NCBI GenBank assembly: GCA_964016885.1
Contig: OZ024741.1
Coordinates: 112,158,001 to 112,222,000, forward strand
Length of the DNA stretch: 64,000 nt
Direction: 5' to 3'
Origin: Eledone cirrhosa
Taxonomy: Eukaryota
Shown here: positions 55,264 through 64,000 of the stretch, piece after piece
Numbering within the stretch: position 1 is the stretch's first letter
Layout of the letters: each line of letters starts with the position of its first letter
Position numbers and translations under genes: made by a program
Notes under the pieces: model-generated
Databases searched by the model: none
What the model was told of the DNA's origin: nothing
Seen by the model: the letters and a program-made list of their open reading frames with translations, nothing else

Positions 55264-58200
55264 TACCACCACCAACAGCCGTGGAGCACATACCCCTCCC
55301 AGACGCCACGGAATCCGACATGGAGTTTGAGGCGGGAGTGAAGTGGCAAACGGTCTGCCACAAAAAAGAAAAAAGAAAAAACCCTTAGATTCACACTCCA
55401 AAAGAGAAGGCACACAAAGAGGGGTAAAGGCAGCAAGGAAACTTGCAGCAACACCACCGCCATCACCATCACCACCACCACTGACAACACCAATCACACC
55501 ACCACCAGCATCACCAACAACACCAACAACGCAAACAAAACAAAACACACACACCAAACAGCAACAAGAAGAAAACAGCAACAAAATCACCCCTCCCCCA
55601 AAAAGTACACAGCCATAAACATGTCAAAAAAAGAACTCATACAATATATCAAGCAGCACACAGACATCACAGAAAAAAAAATACTACACCCCACCAACTC
55701 CAAGAACTCTCCCGACAAACATAAGCATCATTGAAATCTCAATAGAACAGTACAAACCTTTAAAACAAATATTCCCCAACGCCGTTGGAGACTTCAGAGG
55801 GTCGGTTACCAAGAGGATATACACTGACATCCTCTTGGAAACACCCATGACCAGCGAAAGGGACGGTTCTACTCTCCCTTCACCACACGATCAAGGTAAG
55901 TGACCCTTTCTCACTTGTCCCGTTTCTCATCCAACATGGCCGTACTCAGAATAGGCAGTATAAATGTACGTGGCCTGGGGTCATCTTGGAAGCAGGGTCA
56001 CCTGCTCAACGACCTCAGGTCACTAAACATAGATGTGGTGGCCATCAGTGAGACCAGAATCTCCGAAGCACAAGCCTTCGCACCGATCTTCGGCGGCTAC
56101 GATGTATACGCATCTCCCAGCCGTCCAGGATCGGGAGGAGAGGTTGCCGTCCTTTTTCGGAGAGGCTTGGATCTCGTCATACGGGCCATCTTCCTAGACC
56201 CAGAAAGTAAGTCGGTGGTGCTGGACGTGACCGGCAGCGAAGGCAATGCTTTCAGGCTAGTAGCCGTCTACGCCCCAACAGGGGCAGGACGGCCAGATTT
56301 CTTCAGACGTCTAGAGACCTTTCTTCGAACGTCCCGCACTTTAGTGTTAGTGGGCTACATTAACGGTATCTTGGATGCACGCTGGGATTGTGTGGGGCTA
56401 GTGGATAGGGGAGGAGGGTGCAAGAGCCTCACCAACCTGCTCAGACATTTTGAACTGTCTGACAGGTATCGACTGGATCACCCGAATGTGCCAATGTGGA
56501 CATGGACAAACCGCATCTGGTCATCCAGATCGTATCTCGATAGGGTACTCTGCAGAGAACTAGATAAGGTTAGTATAAGTTGTCCACAATTTAAAATAGT
56601 CGACTACACAGACCACAAATTTGTGATCTGTGAGATCGACATAGAGAGATTTCATAGACAAGGGCCCGGTTACTGGAAGCTGAACGCGTCTTTCCTGGCG
56701 CGCAAAGTCTACAGAGACCGGATTAGCATATTAGTTAAGCGGGTGTTGACGGGAGCGGTCGTCAACAACAGGTGGTGGTTCGCCCTGAAAAGGGCAATTA
56801 AAGTAGAGTCGATTAGGTTTAGCAAAGGACTAGTGATAGAGGAAAATAGAGTAGAGGGAGAGCTAGTCAGAAAGCTAGAAGAGGCGTTTAGGATAGGCAT
56901 CGCAACCGACGCGCTTGCGGCGAGATGGCACTCGATCAATTCTTCAACGCAAAACACGAAGGTTGCGTTGTCAGAGCTAGAGCGCGTGCTCTGAAACACG
57001 AGGGGACAAAAGCCGTCCAATGGGCCCGGGTGGCAGAGGCGCGATGTGGCAACAAAGCCACAATTCGGTCTTTGTCTGACCAAAACGGGTGCGTGTTGCT
57101 CGAACCCCAGCAGATGTGTGAAGCTTTTCAGCAGCACTTTGCTGAACTGTTCGGGAGCAGCGGCGGCCCGGATCGGGGCATGGACTTCAGTGCATACCTC
57201 GACGGACTGCCTCTGCTCTCGAGGACCGCAGCACAGTGTTGCGAAAAGCCAATAACAGCAGGTGAAATACGGGAAGCGATGGCTAACTGCACGAGGGGTA
57301 AATCGCCAGGTTTGGATGGTCCGCCCTACGAGCTTTATGCATTTATGCCAGACTTGTTCGGTGACCTCTTGGCTGACGTCTACTGCAACTGGAAGCATTC
57401 CCAGTTTTGTGAGCCGGAGAGCGGTGGCGCTGCTGAGAAAAGACCCGACAAGGGGGATGTTATCGATAATTTCAGGCCCATAACCCTGCTAAACTCAGAG
57501 TTCAAGATTTTGGCCAAGGTGTTAGCAACGAAGTTGGCGCTTGTCGTCAAGGGTCTGGTGGGAAGTGCAGACATACGCCATTCCGGACAGATCCATACAC
57601 GCCAATCTCCACCTCATGCGATACATCATAGAGAGGGTGGTTAAGGAACCTGGCACGGGTGGGGCCCTGATCAACTTGGATCAATCCAAAGCATTTGATA
57701 GGGCCGACCATCGGTATTTGGCGGCGGTCCTCGAGGCAGCCGGTTTCGGGCCTGTTTTCAGGGGTTGGATCGCTGCGATGTACAGCGACATCTGCTCAGT
57801 TGTGAGGGTGAACGGTAACCTGTCGCAGCCGTTCAGCATCATGCGCTCAGTCCGCCAGGGTTGTCCCCTCTAGTCCCTCTTATGCGTATTGGCTCTCGAG
57901 CCGTTACTGCACAAACTGGGGGCGATGAGGGGAGTCCCACGCGAACTAGGATGCGGGAAATCCGAGTCGACATCACCGTGGTCATGTCGAGCACCAGACA
58001 CGTCCAGATGCTCGACACTGCTCTCAAGGAATACGAAGCTATGACAGGAGCAAAGATAAATCAGGAAAAGTCGGTGAGCTTGAAGCTCGGCACTTGGAGA
58101 GGCAAGTCCATGCCGTCCGACAGCGTCGTGGGGCGTTGGAAGGACGGACCGGTTAAATTGCTCAGGGTCTGGTTCGGACTAGACCACCAGGTGGAGAAAA

Positions 58201-59583
58201 ACTGGAACGAGGTGACGAGCAAGTTGGCCTCCCTCACCCAGAAATGGGCTGAGAGGAAGCTGTCCTTGAAAGGCCGGACGAAGGTAGCGAATGCGTACAT
58301 CCGTCATCTGCTACCGTCTCACCGTTGCCCCGGCCCAACTCTCACCAAAATGGAGCGCCTCCTCTTCCGCTTTTTGTGGAAGGGTCGCGCTCCCATGGTC
58401 AGACGATCCATCTGCTGTCAACACCCGTTGCGTGGAGGACTGGGCATGCCATGGCTGATGATGCGCAAACTTGCGTTGATGCTGCGACATCTCTGGTGCT
58501 TCCTTGACGGTGAACGAGTGTGGTCGCCGTACGCCAGGCACGTTTTCCCACAGCTCGTCTCCTTGACGGAGCTGCAGTCCTGGGTCAGAAAAAGACCGAG
58601 GGATAGCGCTTGGAAACTGGAATGTCTCCAGGCGCTCACTGCCCTCTGCCAGCTGGGCACCAGTATCGGTGGAACATCCACCTCGGCGTTCTATAGAGTA
58701 CTAGTGGAGGGGAAGAGCGACGACGTTCTCGGAGAGATCCTGGGCGTCGAAGAAGATCAGCTGTTTGCTCGCTTCCGGAGAACTTTCAGCCCAGGGCCTA
58801 TGGATAACTTCCAAAAATCCCTGGCCTGGCAGTGCTACCGGGGAGCGCTGCTGGTTCGAGATAAGCTCTACAGGCACGGAAGTGCCGTCAGCCTAGCCTG
58901 TTCGAGATGCGCGCAGAGCGACGAAACCGTAGTGCACGCACTCGTTCAATGCCCGAGCATTGCTGACTTGTGGAGCTCTGTCGAACAGTTGCTGTCGCGT
59001 GTAGGACTGATCCGGTTATCGACTGAGTCCATTGTGCAGATGGTCTCGCCGTCTTCCTTCGAGGAGGAAGGGCAGGCGGTTTTCATCTGCCTAGTGGCCA
59101 TGGCGAAAGAGATTGTGTGGTGGACAAGGCTGAAAGGGTTAAAGACAGACACTTTCCTCTTCGGCGAATCCCTAATTAACTTTTTCAAGTTTCACTTGAA
59201 GAGGAAAATCAGGGTGGAGAGGCAAGTGCTGCCTTCTAGCAAGTTTGTTGAAAGGTGGGTGAATGTAGCGAGAATGGTCTGAATATACGTCTGTAGTTTG
59301 AGAAATGGAAAAATTGAGAGTGGGCGCTTGCCCTGATGGTCAGGGTGGTCGTGGTCTTTTGTGTGGTTTTCGCCACGTGTAACCCTCGGAAGTTACCCTC
59401 CTATTGGGGAATTTTTCATTGTTTCAATTTTCATTTTTATTGTTTATATATATATATGTTTGTATGTCCTTTTTTTCTTTTCTTATATAAATAATAAAAA
59501 TCTTTACACGCACAAAACCCACACCGTACCGTCCTGTGCCGTCTGTAATGTTTTTCTTGATGCCAGCCCTTGTGGCCAATAAA
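55264..59583 (+). mobile_element. L1/Tx1-clade LINE (ORF1 remnant plus full-length disrupted ORF2)
   Basis: GC-richer block; ORF2 motifs as listed in the next feature; AATAAA at 59578-59583. Confidence 0.9.
55936..59282 (+). pseudogene. Tx1 ORF2: APE endonuclease, RT, C-terminal zinc-binding domain
   Basis: SINVRGL, ISET, VYAP, YLDR, TDH, YWKLN, KSPGLDG, FRPITLLN, LDQSKAFDR, VRQGCPL, GGLG, CSRC...ETVVHALVQC. Several frameshifts; the YADD motif is lost. Confidence 0.92.
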
Positions 59584-59587
59584 GAAA

Positions 59588-59627
<40 letters not shown>

Positions 59628-59640
59628 TATTATTATTATT

Positions 59641-60277
59641 ACAGTTGCATTTATCTTGCTTTATGTTCATACGAGTTATCACCAAGTCACAACCAGTGAC
59701 CTCAAGAGACAACAAGGTCCGCCATGTTCAAGAAAGAACATACATACTCACACATGCATCTTTAGTGTTTAGACTTGTAATGTACTTATATTGACAGAAT
59801 CTTCCTTAGTATATGGGCAGTTCCCATTAGTACTATCTTTTGTATTTCTCCTATACGCGGGTTTCCTGGGATTTGCGATAAGTAATCATTAGACCCCTTA
59901 GGTATCATTCCCAGAGCGCCTACAACCACTGGTATTGTTTTAGTTCTCAATTTCCACATTTTTCCAATTTCTATCTCCAGGTCCTTATACTTGCTCAATT
60001 TTTCAAATGTTTTTATAGATACATTCTTGTCTATTGGAACAGACATATCAATTAGCAGGCATACCCTCTTTTTAAAGTCCTTCAATATTATATCAGGTCT
60101 ATTTGCATCTATATTTCGGTCTGTTTGGATGCTAAAGTTCCACAAGATTGAGAAGTGATCTTTTTCAAGTATGGGAGGTGGTTGATGCTCCCACCAATTC
60201 TTTTGATGGGGCAGGTCAAAATGCTTACACATTATCCAATGTATGTATTGTGCAGCTCTGTTATGCCTGTTTAGGTA

Positions 60278-60278
<1 letters not shown>
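59641..60278 (-). mobile_element. Second Dong/R4-like family, 3' fragment between (TAA)n tracts
   Basis: RHN, IQTDRNIDANRPDIILKD...LIDMSVP...EKLSKYKDL. Confidence 0.9.
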
Positions 60279-60316
<38 letters not shown>

Positions 60317-60317
60317 G

Positions 60318-60350
<33 letters not shown>

Positions 60351-60570
60351 GTCCTATGAGTCTCAGTCGTTGATGTTATTTAACTGGAAAGTTTGTTGAA
60401 ATGAATATCAAGCCGCTACCTGCAGCCTCTGACATTCAGGATACCGGAGGGTTCTTGTTGTTCCGAGGAAGCATGCTTTTGAAGTGTTCCAAAAAGCGGG
60501 GCTGGATTAATCTTCTTTAACCATCCTTGGAAAATCTTTGAGATAGTACCCAGTGCGCCTATTTCATGGC
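60351..60570 (-). mobile_element. Fourth short copy of the 53228 Dong/R4-like family
   Basis: Same 3' end, abutting (TAA)n. Confidence 0.85.
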
Positions 60571-60739
60571 ACACGTATTAATACCACACTTATTAATACC
60601 ACTTATTAATACCAAATTCCATACAAACCCATGCTAGCGTGGAAAATGGACGTTAAACGAAGATGATGATGATGATGATAGCATTGCTGAAAATACGGAC
60701 AGTGTCAGCAAGTACATCGAACTCCCCACTCTTCCCAAA

Positions 60740-62495
60740 GAAGGGGAGGTGGTTGATGGTAAACACTCCTTTTCCCAACTTGTATCATGCTCTCACTTTT
60801 CACAATATAACGGACATGGGTATCAGGGCAAGGACAAATGGCAGAGGAGACAAACTATCTCCCTGGAAGATACCTCTCTTGATCTTCACGCCTCCCAAGG
60901 TTTCTCCACCTGATGTTAACTCTGTTTCCCAGGGCTTCATACTTTTGCTCAATAACTGTCTGATGTTATCTGCCACCTTGAAGATCTCTAGGCTTTTGGT
61001 TATCCAAGAATGAGGTACCATGTCGAATGCCTTTTTTGTAATCTATCCATCCCATGACAAGACCAGTGTGCCTCCTCTTGTAATTCCTCATTACCATCTT
61101 ATCAATAAGTAACTGGTCTTTTGTACCACGGGATACTTTCGGCATCCTTTCTGTTCGTCCGGTAACAAGTTGTTTATGTGGAGGTAATGGTAGATTTCCT
61201 CAGACACAATGCTTGTTAACAGTTTCCACATTACGGGCAGACATGTGATAGGCCTATAGTTGGTAACATCATTACCCTTGGTTCGGTCTTTCATTACCAG
61301 AACTGTGGAACCTTTTGTCAACCACTCTGATACTTCACCCGACATCAAGCAGTCAATGAACATGGTTGTCAGTTTCGGGTGGAGGGATGTTATATTTTTA
61401 ATCCAATACTCTTGCACACCATCTGGGTTTGTTGATTTCCAGTTGGTTAGTCTTTTGGCCTGCTCTTTAAGAGTTTCAACTGTGATACTCAAATCAGGTT
61501 GTTGGTGTGCTTGTTCACAAATCTCCTTTTGAACTGTCTCAATCCACACTGCCTGACTATTATATTCAACATCCTGCTCCCATATTCCTCTCCAGAATGT
61601 CTTAGTCTGTTCCACCTCAGGGATCACGTCGTTGCCTCTTTCTTTCTCTTCAAGCTGTCCAAACAATATCTTCTGGTTGTTGTCAAACATGCGGTTCTGT
61701 CTATACTGACTAACACTGTTCTCATACCGCCTAATCTTTGCACTTTTTGCTACAATGCGTTGTTTCGGTTCCTCTATGATAATATTTAGCTCTTTCCCCC
61801 TAGTTTTGTACTTTATTTCCAGTCTATCTTTAGTGTCTATGTTTTGTAATGTCCGATTCAGTAAAGACTCAAGCTAGCTTTCCAATGTCTTTTCTCATTT
61901 CCTTGAGTTGACCATTCAGTCGTTTCTTCCACAAAGGTTCTGATCTTTCTTGTTTGTTGTTTCCTCTCGTTTTTATGCCAAGTAATTTCCTCCCCGCATT
62001 TGCGGTTGCTTTCAGGATATTGTTGCATTGGTGAAGGTTCCTCGCCTCAAGGTATGGGATGACTTTGTTTACCTTAGCTGTTGTTTCTTTTAACTTTTTC
62101 CTGTCTACAAATCTTAGGTTCATAGGTTTTCCACTATCATTGTTCATTTCATCTACCACTAAGTTCAGGATATCAACCAAATCTTGCCCTAGCCCGTCAG
62201 CATTCATTTCCTTAATGGCCGTATCTTTGTTCCAGATGTTATTTATTTCAGCATTCAGATCATTGTCTGCTTCGGATGCTTCCTCAGGTCTCTCAACCTC
62301 TTCACCTTCATTTCCCACTGGCTCCTTTGCCTGATATACTCCACTCTCCATTTCCAACTTAATCTCTCTGCTCAGTTCCTCCAGTTCCAACTCGCTTATC
62401 CATCCATTAGTTCTTATTACCCGAGCCTGTCCGGCCAATTTTTGTTCATTTAATTCAAATAGACCAATCTCGTTCCAGATGTTATGCATCCCCGA
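60740..62495 (-). pseudogene. Dong/R4-like N-terminal region and RT fragment
   Basis: [59 protein letters not shown]. Confidence 0.9.
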
Positions 62496-62669
62496 ACAGC
62501 TGAGCGAAGTGTCGCTGAAAAGCTTCACACACCAATATTGTCACAAATAAATAAGGCTCTTTGTTTCATGACATGCGCCTTTTGCTAAATCCATATCTAT
62601 AAAGAACTGAGCAACCTTCTATATGCATCACGATATGCACTCATATAAATGTATACACATTAGCATATA

Positions 62670-63494
62670 CAGTGGCGGACTTGGTCTAAAATATTGATTG
62701 CCAAGAGATGAAGGGGGCCCACCTACATATACAATGCTATCATTTAATTTTATAATGAATAAATAACATTTTCGAAAAATATATAAGTGGAAACAAAACA
62801 GTGCAATCAAATTTTTGCGGAAAAATATCTTCCCTTCTCCAATAAAAAATATTATATATTTTACGAAATCCAGAGACTTTCAATAATGACCAGAAGTCGA
62901 CCCTAAATATTACTAATAGCTCTAGGAAAGCCATGAATGACACCACATCTTTTTAACTTTGATTTTGAAAGTAGGTTTGTAATTATCAATTTTCATTATA
63001 CTTTTGTTGCTGTCTCGGTGGCCGAGTTGGAAGAATCATAGACGGTCTGAAGTTCGATCCCTGGTAGGGAGTAGGGTTCCTGGTAAAACTTTTCAGTTTT
63101 TATCTATTGGTTGTAAAATAAAAACTGAAAAAGGTTACATGTACCTCTGGACAAGGATTGAACCCAAGGCCATAACCTCCACCGGCTCTAGTACCTAGCG
63201 CCTAGGCCAGAGAGACAACTACGAAGACCTTGTGAAAATTCATACTTATAAACCTACTTTCAAAATTTTCAAAACAAAGTGTTGTGGTGTCGCTCATGCC
63301 TTTCTTAATCTTATTGCTCCTACTTAAGGTGGACTTCTATATCATTTGGGTGTTCCATAAACCACATACACGTTTTGTTTCTCATCTATCTAGACTACAT
63401 TTTAACCTGCAATCAATGTTTCATTTCTGTTCCACCTCATTTCTCCCCCGCCACTCTCTCTTTCTCTATGTGATATTTGAATCTTCTAAGATTT

Positions 63495-63577
<83 letters not shown>

Positions 63578-63798
63578 CAGTGGCGGACTAGGTCTAAAAA
63601 TATTGGTTGCCAGATGAAGGGGGCCCACCTACATATACAATGCTATCATTTAATTTTTATAATGAATAAATAACATTTTCAAAAAATATATAAGTGGGAA
63701 CCAAACAGTGCAATAAAATTTTTGCGGAAAAATATCTTACCTTCTCCAATAAAAAATATTATGTATTTTGCGAAATCCAGAGACTTTCAATAATGACC
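62670..63798 (+). mobile_element. Two direct copies of a hAT-like left end (62670-62890, 63578-63798); the first continues into a fold-back with tRNA-like boxes
   Basis: Both start CAGTGGCGGAC and are highly similar over ~220 bp. 62892-62995 is inverted relative to 63232-63337. Confidence 0.55.
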
Positions 63799-63844
63799 TT
63801 TGGTCTTTCACACTCACACAATGTGTGTGTGTGTGTGTATCCCC

Positions 63845-63962
<118 letters not shown>

Positions 63963-64000
63963 TTGTGTGTCTGTGTCTATATATGTATGTTTGCATGCAT

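Overview
Eukaryotic, very AT-rich non-genic DNA saturated with (TA)n/(CA)n/(TAA)n microsatellites. The repeat content (tRNA-head SINEs, RTE, Dong/R4, Tx1 and Penelope retroelements) suggests a mollusc, most likely an octopus; that assignment is an inference. Nearly all listed ORFs are microsatellite noise, and the real coding signal is decayed transposon protein. The main result is a dense set of Penelope-like element (PLE) termini docked in (TA)n tracts. At least ten unrelated sequence families carry hand-folded type I hammerhead ribozyme (HHR) motifs, six of them with a canonical core and pairable stems. Many are fold-backs: an inverted partial 3' copy next to a forward copy with an extra tail, and the tails share an ACTC...GAGT hairpin. 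Three elements still carry GIY-YIG endonuclease coding remnants. Several HHRs deviate at the base of stem II and have long stem II inserts. Also present: a (TAA)n-targeted Dong/R4 cluster with a SINE and a Tx1 nested in it, a twin-primed RTE copy, a Helitron, several MITEs and a possible small spliced orphan gene near 50.6-51.8 kb. Coordinates and folds were read by eye; nothing was computed or searched.
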